Shown piece by piece: positions 46,102-56,238 of a stretch of DNA of 64,000 nucleotides. Made by a program: the position numbers and the translations under genes. This stretch comes from an uncultured Pseudomonadota bacterium. GTDB lineage: Bacteria > Pseudomonadota > Gammaproteobacteria > Steroidobacterales > Steroidobacteraceae. The notes under the pieces were generated by a model, which saw only the letters and a program-made list of their open reading frames with translations, was not told where the DNA came from and did no database searches. Each line of letters opens with the position of its first letter. The stretch's first letter is position 1. The stretch covers positions 7,275 to 71,274 of the forward strand of contig CAIKZZ010000032.1 of the NCBI GenBank assembly GCA_903832085.1, written 5' to 3'.

Positions 46102-47247
46102 GTGATCGCAACCACACCACCCTCGCTGAACCCGCAGCCTTGGACCGACCCACAGGCTGTTCCCCAAGTGGAACTGCGCAGTCTCACCAAAGACTACGAG
46201 GGCGTGGTTGCTGTGCGCGAGGTGACGCTATCCATTTACAAGGGTGAGATCTTTAGCATTGTGGGCGCTTCGGGCTGTGGCAAGACCACACTCTTACGCA
46301 TGCTGGCGGGCTTTGTGGAGCCCTCGTCGGGGCAGATTTTATTGGAAGGCGTCGATGTCAGCGCCATGCCGCCCTATGAGCGTCCCGTGAACATGATGTT
46401 CCAGTCCTATGCACTCTTTCCACACATGACGGTGGCGGAAAACGTCGGCTATGGCTTGCGGCGCTTACACCTTGATCAAGCGACACGCAGCAAGCGGATC
46501 GAGGAGGCGCTCGAGATGGTACAGCTTGGGGCTCTACAAAAGCGCAAACCACATCAGCTCTCCGGTGGTCAGCGTCAGCGCGTGGCGCTTGCCCGCGCAC
46601 TCATCCGCCGACCCACACTCTTGTTGCTGGACGAGCCCTTAAGTGCGCTCGATAAAAAGCTGCGCGAGAGCACGCAGTTTGAGCTGATGGATTTGCAGTA
46701 CCAGCTTGGCATCACCTTTGTGGTCGTGACCCACGACCAAGACGAGGCCATGACGCTCGCGAGTCGTATCGCCGTCATGGACCGTGGTGAAGTCATCCAG
46801 GTGGGCACGCCAGCGCAAGTGTATGAGTTTCCGAAAACACGCTTTGTGGCGGACTTTTTTGGCAATGCCAACTTGTTTGAGTGCACGGTGCGTCGCACTG
46901 TCGGCGGACTCGTGCAGGTCCACTCAGCCGAACTACAAGCCGATCTATGGGTCGATGATCAGCGTGCGACCTACGCGCCAGGTCAATCGGTGTGTGTGGC
47001 GGTAAGACCTGAAAAATTGCACTTAAGCAAAGAGCCGCTGACAGTGCCGCAGGGCAACCAAGTGGCGGGTACGGTTTGGGAACTCGGCTATCTGGGCAAT
47101 CGCTCCGTCTATCAGATCAAGACGCCAACGGGTAAGCTCTTAACCGCCTTTCGACAAAACGAGCGCCGCACCCTCACGTGGGCGATTGATTGGAGCGATG
47201 CGGTCTACGTGAGCTGGGCGGCTGATGCCGCAGTCATTGTGACCTAA
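46102..47247 (+). CDS. ABC transporter ATP-binding protein (PotA/PotG-like)
   Basis: 381 aa. GTG start with GAGGAG upstream. Walker A GASGCGKTT, signature LSGGQRQRVALARAL, Walker B LLLDEPLSALD, and a TOBE-like C-terminal domain. Confidence 0.9.
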   Translation: MIATTPPSLNPQPWTDPQAVPQVELRSLTKDYEGVVAVREVTLSIYKGEIFSIVGASGCGKTTLLRMLAGFVEPSSGQILLEGVDVSAMPPYERPVNMMFQSYALFPHMTVAENVGYGLRRLHLDQATRSKRIEEALEMVQLGALQKRKPHQLSGGQRQRVALARALIRRPTLLLLDEPLSALDKKLRESTQFELMDLQYQLGITFVVVTHDQDEAMTLASRIAVMDRGEVIQVGTPAQVYEFPKTRFVADFFGNANLFECTVRRTVGGLVQVHSAELQADLWVDDQRATYAPGQSVCVAVRPEKLHLSKEPLTVPQGNQVAGTVWELGYLGNRSVYQIKTPTGKLLTAFRQNERRTLTWAIDWSDAVYVSWAADAAVIVT

Positions 47248-47351
47248 GACAGATCCGTACAAGAAAAAGCACACATCGATAGTATGCATCACACGCGCGC
47301 CACACTCGCAGAACCAGGGCGGCCAACGAGCCGCACGCAGGGGAATGATTG

Positions 47352-49901
47352 ATGTCAAAGAAAATCAGCGGACAGATCCTAAACGCCCGACCATCATGGC
47401 GCTTGCCACGCGTGCCATACGGCGTGCTCGCTGGGTGCACGGCAAGCTTGAGTCTGATGAGCGTGAGCGCGCTCGGCGCTGACAACACCGGTGTGCTGCA
47501 AGATATTGTGGTCACCGCCACGCGTCATGAAGCGAGTTTGAGCACCGTGCCTATCAGCGTGAGCGCCATGAGCCAGGAAATGCTGGATCAAAAAGGCATC
47601 AAGGACTTTCAGGACGTGGTGCGCTTTACCCCGGGCGTGACGATCGACAACACCGGAACCAATGCGATTTCGATCCGTGGCATCTCCTCCTCTGGTGGCA
47701 GCGGCACCACCGGCTTGTATGTCGATTACACGCCCATCCAGATGCGGGCGCTAGGCTATAACCCCGATGACACCTTGCCAAAAACATTTGATTTAGATCG
47801 CATTGAAGTACTACGCGGTCCGCAGGGCACGCTCTTCGGCTCAGGTTCCGAGGGTGGCACGGTGCGCTATATCATGACGCAGCCCAGTGTCAGCACCGCA
47901 TCGACCTATGCGCGCACAGAATTATCGTTCACCAAAAACGGTGATCCAAGCTATGAAGCAGGACTTGCGCACGGTGGCCCGCTCATTGATGACGTGCTCG
48001 GCTATCGCGCGAGCATCTGGTATCGCAAAGACGGTGGCTGGATCAATCGTGTCGATAGCACGAGCGGCGCACTGACGGAAAAAAACGCGAACTACGCGGA
48101 CACTGTCAGCGCACGACTCGCCTTGCTGATTAAGCCCAATGAGCGCCTTCGAATCACGCCCAGCGTGACGTATCAGAATTCACGCAAGCACGATGAGTCC
48201 ACCTACTGGACTGCTTACTCACAGCCGGATGCAGGCGTTTTTAATAACGCGACACCTGAACGCATGCCAGTGCCCGATGAGTACTACCTGCCGGCGCTGA
48301 AGATAGAAGCGGATATCGGTAAAACAACGTTGGTTTCGAACAGCTCCTATTACAATCGCTACGAACAAAGCGGCTATCAAGGCACCGTCTATGATTTGGG
48401 GTATTACCAAAACCAGGGCTGGCTGATCGGCCAGTGCGGATCTGCCTCCTCCAGCCAAACCACGCCGTGCTCTTGGTATCCCTTGCTTGATGGGAAAGGC
48501 ACGCATTTGCCAGCCGGTTTTAGTGGGTACTCCACGCCCAACACGATGACGAATGCACAAGAGACCTGGACGCAGGAAGTGCGCCTGCAGTCGAATAACC
48601 CAGACAGCAAACTGGTCTGGACGGTAGGCGCTTTTTGGTCCGTGTCACGCGAGACGAGCACCGAGCAATTGAATGACTCGCAAATCATTCCATTTTGGCA
48701 GGCACTCTTTGGTATCAGCCCACTCGATTACTTTGGGCCGTACTACGCGTGCAATGGTCAGGGAGTAGCTGGCCAAACAACTCCCAACTGCTCGATCTAT
48801 TACAACAAAAACACCGCACACGACCGTCAACTCGCGGGCTTCGGTGAAGCCTCCTATGCACTCACCGATCGCTTGAAAGTCACGCTCGGCGGTCGGATCG
48901 CCAAACTCGGCTTCAGCCTGTCACATCATGGCGACGGCCTTGAAAACTATGGCCCGAACGACGCCGCAGCCCAACAAAGTGAGACCGCATTCACTCCCAA
49001 AGTGGGCCTATCATTCCAAGCCGATCCCAGACACTTGTACTACGCGACCTACGCCAAGGGCTTTCGGCCGGGCGGCGGCAATGCGCCGCTGCCCCCCTAC
49101 TGCGAGGGCGATGGCGGACTGAATCAGACCGGCTACACCACAGGCGCACCTCTGACCTACAAATCAGATACCACGCAAAGCTATGAGATCGGCAGCAAAA
49201 ATAATTTCAATAACCGCGTCAAGATTGCGACCAGCCTGTACTACATCAAGTGGGCCAATATTCAGCAAAACGTCTATGTGGCCTACAACTGCGGCCTGCA
49301 GTTCACTGACAACTTAGGCTCGGCCGTGGCCAAGGGTTTTGATGTGCAAGCGGAAATGATCTTAGGCGCAGGCTTTACGCTGGATGCGGCGCTAGGCTAC
49401 ACCTCGGCTCGCTACGACGAGTCGACCACAGCGCCAAAGCCACTCTTGGTACAGGCGGGTGATGCCATTTCGGGTGAAGCTGCCATCAATGGTGGGCCGG
49501 GCACCAACCCCCCATGGACACTGTCTTTAGGTGCGCAGTACGATTTTGCAATACACGAAAAAGATGCATTTATTAGGGTCGATTGGGCTTACACGGCCCG
49601 CAACACCTGGTTGGCTGCGATTCAAGACCCCGCCACCGCGCAGTACACACCCAATACCTACGCGCTCTCATCGACCGCGTTTGCCTCAGTGCGCGCTGGG
49701 ATTAACGTAGGCCACTGGCAGCTCGCGGCCTTTATCGACAATGCATTTAATTCGCACACGACCACGAACTACCAGCAACAGACACTGGATCCTTACAATC
49801 CCAATTATTTGGCGAATCCCTACACACCAACGTCTGTCCAGCGAAATGAGTACACATTCAGACCGCGCACGATTGGTGTAACGGTAACTATGAAGCTCTG
49901 A
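47352..49901 (+). CDS. TonB-dependent outer-membrane receptor (TBDR-3, distinct lineage from TBDR-1/2)
   Basis: About 849 aa. Signal peptide, plug region DIVVTATRHEASLSTVPISVSAMS, LDRIEVLRGPQGTLFGSGS, and beta-barrel-like repeats. Confidence 0.85.
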   Translation: MSKKISGQILNARPSWRLPRVPYGVLAGCTASLSLMSVSALGADNTGVLQDIVVTATRHEASLSTVPISVSAMSQEMLDQKGIKDFQDVVRFTPGVTIDNTGTNAISIRGISSSGGSGTTGLYVDYTPIQMRALGYNPDDTLPKTFDLDRIEVLRGPQGTLFGSGSEGGTVRYIMTQPSVSTASTYARTELSFTKNGDPSYEAGLAHGGPLIDDVLGYRASIWYRKDGGWINRVDSTSGALTEKNANYADTVSARLALLIKPNERLRITPSVTYQNSRKHDESTYWTAYSQPDAGVFNNATPERMPVPDEYYLPALKIEADIGKTTLVSNSSYYNRYEQSGYQGTVYDLGYYQNQGWLIGQCGSASSSQTTPCSWYPLLDGKGTHLPAGFSGYSTPNTMTNAQETWTQEVRLQSNNPDSKLVWTVGAFWSVSRETSTEQLNDSQIIPFWQALFGISPLDYFGPYYACNGQGVAGQTTPNCSIYYNKNTAHDRQLAGFGEASYALTDRLKVTLGGRIAKLGFSLSHHGDGLENYGPNDAAAQQSETAFTPKVGLSFQADPRHLYYATYAKGFRPGGGNAPLPPYCEGDGGLNQTGYTTGAPLTYKSDTTQSYEIGSKNNFNNRVKIATSLYYIKWANIQQNVYVAYNCGLQFTDNLGSAVAKGFDVQAEMILGAGFTLDAALGYTSARYDESTTAPKPLLVQAGDAISGEAAINGGPGTNPPWTLSLGAQYDFAIHEKDAFIRVDWAYTARNTWLAAIQDPATAQYTPNTYALSSTAFASVRAGINVGHWQLAAFIDNAFNSHTTTNYQQQTLDPYNPNYLANPYTPTSVQRNEYTFRPRTIGVTVTMKL

Positions 49902-49902
49902 G

Positions 49903-51072
49903 CTACAGGCTGGCGCAGAAACGACGGATGCGCTGGGCCGCTTCGAGTAACTGCGCCTCATCGGTGGCATAGCAGACACGCACAAAATGTGCTGTCTGCT
50001 CGCCAAAGGCGGCTCCATCAAGCACAGACACGCCTTCAGCCTCATACAGACGGATCGCAAAGTCCCCCGCTGAAATGCCGGTGGCGCGGACATCGAGCAG
50101 CATGAACATACCCGCATCCGGCAAGACGACCTTGATTTTTGCAACCCCCTGCAAGGCCGCATAAAAGGTATCGCGGCGCGCCTGACAAAAAGCACGTGTC
50201 GCGGCCTCGGCTTGCACGCGCAACTGCACCGCCACCAATGCGGCTTCCTGTATAAATCCTGGCAAACCATAGGTCATACACAGCGCAACCATCTCAGCGT
50301 GTTGTATGAGCGCTTTCGGTCCCACCAACCAGCCACAACGCCAGCCGGTCATCGCATGGGTTTTGGATAAGCTCGCCACGGTCAAGGTCTGCTCGGGCAA
50401 ACGCGCGCCGATGCTCGGTACACGTCCGTTTGGGGCAAGTCCCGCATACACCTCATCCGACACCACCCACAGTGAGTGCCGTTCGGCCAAGACAGCAATT
50501 GCCTCCACCTCGGCGTTTGTTAAAATCACGCCACTGGGATTACTTGGGGTTGCTAAAAAAATCGCGCGCGTACGCGGCGTGATAGCACGCGCCAAGGCGT
50601 CCAGATCTGGATGAAAGTGCAAACTCGCCGGCGCAGGGACTTTGACCAATGTGGCACCACCTAACTGCAAGGTCGCAGGATAGGTCGCATACATCGGATC
50701 AAAGGTAATCACCTCATCCCCGGGTGCTGAGATCAGCATCGCGGCCACACACAAACCAGCCTGTGCGCCGTTCACAAAAATCACGTTCTCATGCGTCACC
50801 GATTGTCCGGTGCGCTCACGGTGTGCGGCTGCAATCGCGGCACGCAAACTGTCGCGACCCGCACTTTCCGTGTAGTGCGTGTCATTGGCACGCAAGCGTT
50901 CGATAGCTTTATCAATTACCGGTTGCGGTGTATTCAGGTCAGGATCACCCACACTCAGAGGAATCACGTCTTTGCCGGCAGCCACATCGGCACGCGAGCG
51001 CCAATGCAAAGCCCACGGATCCGCACCCTCGTGCGCGATGCGAGAGACGAGCGGCGAGAAGGGGGGCGTCAT
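49903..51072 (-). CDS. Class-I/II PLP aminotransferase, AruH (arginine:pyruvate transaminase)-like
   Basis: 389 aa. Has LSVGDPDLNTPQPV, NPSGV and SLSKTHAMTGWRCGW. It is collinear with P. aeruginosa AruH as I remember it. The ATGA start overlaps the upstream TPP enzyme gene. Confidence 0.65.
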   Translation of the reverse strand: MTPPFSPLVSRIAHEGADPWALHWRSRADVAAGKDVIPLSVGDPDLNTPQPVIDKAIERLRANDTHYTESAGRDSLRAAIAAAHRERTGQSVTHENVIFVNGAQAGLCVAAMLISAPGDEVITFDPMYATYPATLQLGGATLVKVPAPASLHFHPDLDALARAITPRTRAIFLATPSNPSGVILTNAEVEAIAVLAERHSLWVVSDEVYAGLAPNGRVPSIGARLPEQTLTVASLSKTHAMTGWRCGWLVGPKALIQHAEMVALCMTYGLPGFIQEAALVAVQLRVQAEAATRAFCQARRDTFYAALQGVAKIKVVLPDAGMFMLLDVRATGISAGDFAIRLYEAEGVSVLDGAAFGEQTAHFVRVCYATDEAQLLEAAQRIRRFCASL

Positions 51073-52661
51073 GCGAATGCCTCTGGAATGATTTCAAGTA
51101 GCAGCACTTGCCGCTTCGCCCCAAAGGCTTTGAGTGCGTCGATTAACGCATCCGCGGAGCGGATCGTCTGATGAGCATAACCATAGGCTTTGGCAATGCA
51201 GGCAAAGTCCGGCTCGCGCACGTCCACGCCCTCTGGATCAATACCCACGGCCTCCATGGAGGTTTTGATTTCTCCATAACCGTGGTTATTCCAAATGATG
51301 ACGGCGGTCCAAGCATTCACATCGCGCAGAACCGCAAACTCACCTAACGAAAACTGCAAGCCACCGTCGCCCACGAGGCACAGTACCGGTCGATCCGGGG
51401 CGGCAAGTCCCGCGCCCGTCGAGGCTGGCAGCGCATAGCCTAAGGTGCCGTAACCGGTCGCCGAATTAAACCAAGACCCAGGCGTTGCGGCATTAAACCC
51501 AAGATTACCGGCATACACGAGTTGCGTGGAATCACCCACCATGAGTGCATTAGGCAACGTATCGCGCATGCGATTGAGCAACATCACCTGGGTCTGCATC
51601 GCGCCCGACAGCTCCGCAAACGCGGCGACACATGTGGCGCTCGCGCGTTTGCTACCAGCACTGTCGGCTTGAGCCCCCACATCGGCAGCCATCAACAGGC
51701 GCAGCGTTTCAACCGCATCGCCACACAAGGATACCGTGGGAGTGACGCTGCGCGTGAGTTGCTGCGCATCCACATCAATGCGTATGAGATGATTCGGCGT
51801 CGGAAAATCGCTCACCGAATACATATCAAAATCAGTCGGCCCAAACTCTGTGCCTACGGCAAGGACCACGTCCGCCTCGTGAATCAGGCGACGCACAGAC
51901 GCAAGCGAAGGACTCATCGGCACCGCGAGTGGATGCATGCAGCCGAGTAGACCACGGGCATTGGCGGTCATTACACACGGCGCATCCAGTTGTTCGATCA
52001 GCCAGGTGAGCTCAGCGACCGCGCCACGCGCACCACCACCTGCAATGACCACGGGGCGTTGTGCGGTTTTTAAAAGCGCAGCAGCAGCGGTTAGGTGCGT
52101 CGCCTCAGGGGTGCGGCGCGTGAAGATGGGACGAGGCAAATTCAAGTGACTTGCGTCGCTAGCCAATACATCAAGACCAATCTCAATATAGACCGGTCGC
52201 GGCCGATCGGATGCAAAAAGAGCAAACGCGGCTTCGAGAGCTGCGGGTAATTCATCGGCGTGATGGATCACAAAGCACAGCGCCGATACGCCGCGTGCAA
52301 GCGCCGCTTGATCTGGCAACTCGTGTAAAAACCCGCGACCGCTACCGGCTTCACCGCACTTGTTCTGACTCGACACCACCAGCATAGGGATAGAGTCGCC
52401 ATAGGCCTGACCCATACTTGTTAAAATATTGGTCAGTCCTGGACCTGTGATCGTAAAACACACGCCCACTTGACCCGACAGACGCGCATACCCGTCCGCC
52501 ATAAACCCAAGGCCCTGCTCGTGGCGAGCAGCGACATGGCGGATGGGACTTTGGGCAAGCCCCCGGTACAGTTCGAGGTTATGCACTCCGGGGATGCCAA
52601 ACACATGGGTCACGCCCTGCGCGTGCAGCGCCTCGATCAGATATGCCCCCAGCTTCTTCAT
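51069..52661 (-). CDS. Thiamine-diphosphate enzyme, AruI (5-guanidino-2-oxopentanoate decarboxylase)-like
   Basis: Track ORF extends to 52694; I prefer ATG 52661 (MKKLGAYLIEAL...). Has FGIPGVHNLELYRGL and the TPP-binding motif LVGDGGLQFSLGEF...NN. Confidence 0.65.
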   Translation of the reverse strand: MKKLGAYLIEALHAQGVTHVFGIPGVHNLELYRGLAQSPIRHVAARHEQGLGFMADGYARLSGQVGVCFTITGPGLTNILTSMGQAYGDSIPMLVVSSQNKCGEAGSGRGFLHELPDQAALARGVSALCFVIHHADELPAALEAAFALFASDRPRPVYIEIGLDVLASDASHLNLPRPIFTRRTPEATHLTAAAALLKTAQRPVVIAGGGARGAVAELTWLIEQLDAPCVMTANARGLLGCMHPLAVPMSPSLASVRRLIHEADVVLAVGTEFGPTDFDMYSVSDFPTPNHLIRIDVDAQQLTRSVTPTVSLCGDAVETLRLLMAADVGAQADSAGSKRASATCVAAFAELSGAMQTQVMLLNRMRDTLPNALMVGDSTQLVYAGNLGFNAATPGSWFNSATGYGTLGYALPASTGAGLAAPDRPVLCLVGDGGLQFSLGEFAVLRDVNAWTAVIIWNNHGYGEIKTSMEAVGIDPEGVDVREPDFACIAKAYGYAHQTIRSADALIDALKAFGAKRQVLLLEIIPEAFA

Positions 52662-52797
52662 AGACCCTGCCTTGTCTGACGGTGACGCACCCACCCGGCC
52701 GGCGCGGCCGGCGCGCCCACCCCGCCGACTCGTGCGACGGTGGTGTAAATATTATAATGGAGATAATATGCCGAGATTGAACTAAAGGTAAGCCGCA

Positions 52798-53697
52798 ATG
52801 AACCACGATGTCATGATCACCTGCGCCGTCACTGGGGATGACAGCAAAGTCACCAAAAGCCCCTACTGCGCCGTGACCCCAGCCGAAATCGCCGCCACTG
52901 CGATTGAGGCTGCCCAAGCCGGGGCCGCTATCGTTCACATCCACGTGCGCGACCCGGAAACCGCCTCCTTCAGCATGGAAACCCGCCACTACCGCGAGGT
53001 CGTGCGCCTCATTCGCGCCAGCACCACGGATGTCATTATCAACTTAACCTGCGGCATGGGCGGCTATATTGTGGCCGGCGATAACGGGCTTGCCGACACG
53101 CCGGGACCCGGTAGCGACTTTTGTAGCCAAGAAGACCGTATGCGGCACGTCATTGATCTGTGCGAGGAAGGGCTCTACCGCCCCGACATCTGCACACTCG
53201 ATTGCGGCACGCTTAACTTTGGGGACGGCAATCGCGCCTATGTCTCAACGCCAAACTACTTGCGCAAGGGCGCACAGATCTGCAAAGACTTAGGTGTTAA
53301 ACCGGAATTTGAGATTTTTGACACCGGCAATCTGTGGTTCGTTAAACAAATGATCAAAGAAGGCTTGGTGGACTCACCGAGCCTCATTCAGCTGTGCATG
53401 GGGATCGCGTGGGGCATGCCTGCCGACACATCACACCTGCTAGCTCTAATTAATTCCATGCCGGCTGATGCAGTGTGGAGCTCTTTTGGCATCAGCCGTA
53501 TGCAGATGCCTTGGGTCGCGCAGTCTGTCTTAAACGGTGGCAACGTACGCGTCGGCCTTGAGGACAACCTGTATCTGTCCAAAGGCGTCTATGCCAGCAA
53601 TGCGCAGCTTGTGACCAAAGCGCGTGGGATTATTGAAGCGTTAGGCGCCCGCGTGATTACCGCCGCGGATGTGCGCGAGCGACTCAAACTGCGTTAA
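52798..53697 (+). CDS. Beta-keto acid cleavage enzyme (BKACE / DUF849, 3-keto-5-aminohexanoate cleavage family)
   Basis: 299 aa. The N-terminus VMITCAVTGD...VTPAEIAATAIEAAQAGAAIVHIHVRD is characteristic of BKACE. Confidence 0.85.
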   Translation: MNHDVMITCAVTGDDSKVTKSPYCAVTPAEIAATAIEAAQAGAAIVHIHVRDPETASFSMETRHYREVVRLIRASTTDVIINLTCGMGGYIVAGDNGLADTPGPGSDFCSQEDRMRHVIDLCEEGLYRPDICTLDCGTLNFGDGNRAYVSTPNYLRKGAQICKDLGVKPEFEIFDTGNLWFVKQMIKEGLVDSPSLIQLCMGIAWGMPADTSHLLALINSMPADAVWSSFGISRMQMPWVAQSVLNGGNVRVGLEDNLYLSKGVYASNAQLVTKARGIIEALGARVITAADVRERLKLR

Positions 53698-53706
53698 CAC
53701 CACACC

Positions 53707-54183
53707 ATGTCTGAACTCACTGTTTATAAGACTGCTGTATTGCCCGAATGGATTGATTACAACGGGCATCTGCGCGATGCGTACTACGTCGTCATCGGGA
53801 GCCTCGCAACCGATGGGCTGATGGACCGACTCGGTCTCGATGAGGCCTATCGCAGGCACACACAGTGCACCTTGTATTCGGTGGAACTACATATGCACTG
53901 GCTACACGAAGTCAAAGCGGCGGATCACTTGGAAGTGGATGCCCATTTACTTGCCACCGACGCAAAGCGCTTGCACGTGGGGCTTGATATCCGTGTCGTG
54001 GGCCAAACCTTAGTGGCTGCAACGGCTGAGTTCATGCTGCTGCACATCCGCCAAGGCGATACCCCGGGTACTGCACCCTTCCCCGCCGACGTTTTACAGC
54101 GCGTTGAGGCGTACAAAGCCCTTGCAGGCAATACCCCTTGGGCGGGACCTGCATCGCGCGCACTGATGCTCAAACGCGGATGA
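53707..54183 (+). CDS. Hotdog-fold acyl-CoA thioesterase (4HBT/YbgC-like)
   Basis: 158 aa with a ..WIDYNGHLRDAYY.. motif. It sits after a BKACE gene, like the betainyl-CoA thioesterase of carnitine loci. Confidence 0.65.
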   Translation: MSELTVYKTAVLPEWIDYNGHLRDAYYVVIGSLATDGLMDRLGLDEAYRRHTQCTLYSVELHMHWLHEVKAADHLEVDAHLLATDAKRLHVGLDIRVVGQTLVAATAEFMLLHIRQGDTPGTAPFPADVLQRVEAYKALAGNTPWAGPASRALMLKRG

Positions 54184-56237
54184 CCCACGAACTGCAACGG
54201 CTGCTCAGGCCCTCGCGTATCGCGCTCATCGGCGGCGCGTGGACCGACTGGGTGGCCGCTGCTGGCCGCAGTATTGGTTACCAAGGCGAAACCTGGCGCA
54301 TCCATCCAACCCGCACATCCAGCGCCGATGTGCAGTATTTTCGGTCAGTCGATGAGCTGCCGGGCTCCCCCGATGCCGCGTTCGTTGCCGCACCCGCTGC
54401 CGATGTGCCGGCAATCGCCGCCCAACTTGCGCGCAAAAAAGCAGGCGGTTTTGTGTGCTTCGCCTCTGGCTTTGACGAAACCGGCACATCGGGTGGCGCC
54501 GACTTAACACAGCAACTCGTACTCAATGCCGGTGCCGTTCCGTACACGGGACCGAACTGCTATGGGCTCGTGAACTTTTTTGATCGTGTGGCGCTTTGGC
54601 CCGACCAAGTCGTGGGACCACCACTAGAACGCGGGGTGGCCATCATCACCCAAAGCGGCACGTTGGGCCTCACCCTCATGTTCAACCACCGCTCCTTACC
54701 GATCGGTTATCTGATCACGGTCGGTAATCAAACACGCATTACGGTTGCGGATCTGATTGACACCCTGAGCGATGATCCACGCGTCACTGCATTTGGTTTG
54801 TACCTCGAGAGCGTCAAAGATGCGACGCGCTTTACCGCCGCGATCGCCAAAGCCCGCGCCGCCGGCAAACCGGTGGCGCTTGTGAAAGCCGGTCGCACGG
54901 AAGCCTCCGCGCGTACTGCCGCCACCCATACCGGTGCCATGACGGGGGCGGATGCGGTGTTTGATGCGTTTTGTCGCGATGCAGGTATCGCCCGCTGCGA
55001 AACACTCGCCACCCTCGTTGAGACTTTGAAGATTTTTCATCTAGGCGGCCCGCTGCGCGGTAGACGCATCATGGTGATCGGCGCCTCCGGGGGCGACATG
55101 GCGATGACCTCTGATGTGTCACGCAACTTAAATCTCAACTTCGCACCCGTCACTGCTGCCACCAAAAAAACGCTCACCGAGATCTTAGGTGAGCGCGTCA
55201 CCATCAGTAATCCCTTTGATTTTCACACCTACATTTGGTTTGACCAACCAAAATTACGGCAGCTGTTCACGACGCTCTTCCAAGCCGATTACGACGCACT
55301 CGCCTTCATGCTCGATTGTCCGCCCGCGGATCGTGCAGACACCTCGGCCTTTGATATGCCGATTGATGAATTTATTGCGGTAGCAAAAGACTATCCGACG
55401 CGTGCCGCCATGCTCGCCTCCCTGCCTGAGACCTTGTATGAGGGAGTCCGTGGCCGCTGCTTGAGTGGCGGCGTGGTCCCAGCCCAAGGCCAGCGCGAGA
55501 CGCTCGAGGCATTTGCACTTGCGGCTGACGTGGGCGAGTGCTGGCAACGTGGCACCATGCCAGACTTGATCTTAGCGCCACCTGTCAGCGGCATAGCCCA
55601 TCAGTTAACTGAAGATGCTGCTAAACATGCGCTGCATGCGCATGGATTGCCCATTCCAAGTGCGCGTGTAGTCGACATCGCTGCTGCGGCCACAGCCGCG
55701 AGTGCAATCGGCTTTCCGGTGGCGATTAAAGTGGCAAGCGCGAGCATTGCCCACAAATCTGACGTCGGCGGCGTGTGTTTGAATATAAAAACACCCGAGG
55801 AAGCCACGGCCGCAGCACAGCGCTTACGCTTGCTGAGCTCTACCGTACTCGTTGAGCAGATGATTACCGACTCAGTGGCCGAGGTGCTCGTGGGCATCAC
55901 GGTAGATCCGCAGTTTGGGCAAGTGCTGGTGCTCGGCACGGGCGGCGTGCTCACGGAGCTTTTACACGACAGCACGAGTCTGTTGCCACCTTTTACCGTT
56001 AAGCGCATCGAAGCGGCATTGGCAGGCCTTAAAGTCGCGCGCCTCTTGGCTGGGTTTCGTGGCAAACCGGCTGGCGACACTCCTGCTCTTATTGAAGCAG
56101 TCCTTGCGATTACGCGCTACGCCAGCGAGACGCGCCACACCTTGGTTGAATTGGATGTAAACCCTATCATCGTCAGACCCAAAGGGCTCGGCGTGGTCGC
56201 GGTGGATGCCCTCATACGTTTAACTCACGGAGACTGA
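54180..56237 (+). CDS. ADP-forming acyl-CoA synthetase family protein (CoA-binding + ATP-grasp domains)
   Basis: Track ORF starts at 54138. ATG 54180 overlaps the thioesterase stop (ATGA). N-terminal CoA-binding fold (RIALIGGAW...), central ligase-CoA domain, and a C-terminal ATP-grasp (FPVAIKVAS..IAHKSDVGGV). Confidence 0.7.
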   Translation: MTHELQRLLRPSRIALIGGAWTDWVAAAGRSIGYQGETWRIHPTRTSSADVQYFRSVDELPGSPDAAFVAAPAADVPAIAAQLARKKAGGFVCFASGFDETGTSGGADLTQQLVLNAGAVPYTGPNCYGLVNFFDRVALWPDQVVGPPLERGVAIITQSGTLGLTLMFNHRSLPIGYLITVGNQTRITVADLIDTLSDDPRVTAFGLYLESVKDATRFTAAIAKARAAGKPVALVKAGRTEASARTAATHTGAMTGADAVFDAFCRDAGIARCETLATLVETLKIFHLGGPLRGRRIMVIGASGGDMAMTSDVSRNLNLNFAPVTAATKKTLTEILGERVTISNPFDFHTYIWFDQPKLRQLFTTLFQADYDALAFMLDCPPADRADTSAFDMPIDEFIAVAKDYPTRAAMLASLPETLYEGVRGRCLSGGVVPAQGQRETLEAFALAADVGECWQRGTMPDLILAPPVSGIAHQLTEDAAKHALHAHGLPIPSARVVDIAAAATAASAIGFPVAIKVASASIAHKSDVGGVCLNIKTPEEATAAAQRLRLLSSTVLVEQMITDSVAEVLVGITVDPQFGQVLVLGTGGVLTELLHDSTSLLPPFTVKRIEAALAGLKVARLLAGFRGKPAGDTPALIEAVLAITRYASETRHTLVELDVNPIIVRPKGLGVVAVDALIRLTHGD

Positions 56238-56238
56238 C

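Noticed and set aside
52694-52758. Tandem GGCCGGCGC x2 and a perfect TATAAT (52753-52758) upstream of the BKACE gene, considered as a promoter.
   Set aside because: There is no acceptable -35 element at 16-18 nt. It is plausible but too weak to call without TSS data.
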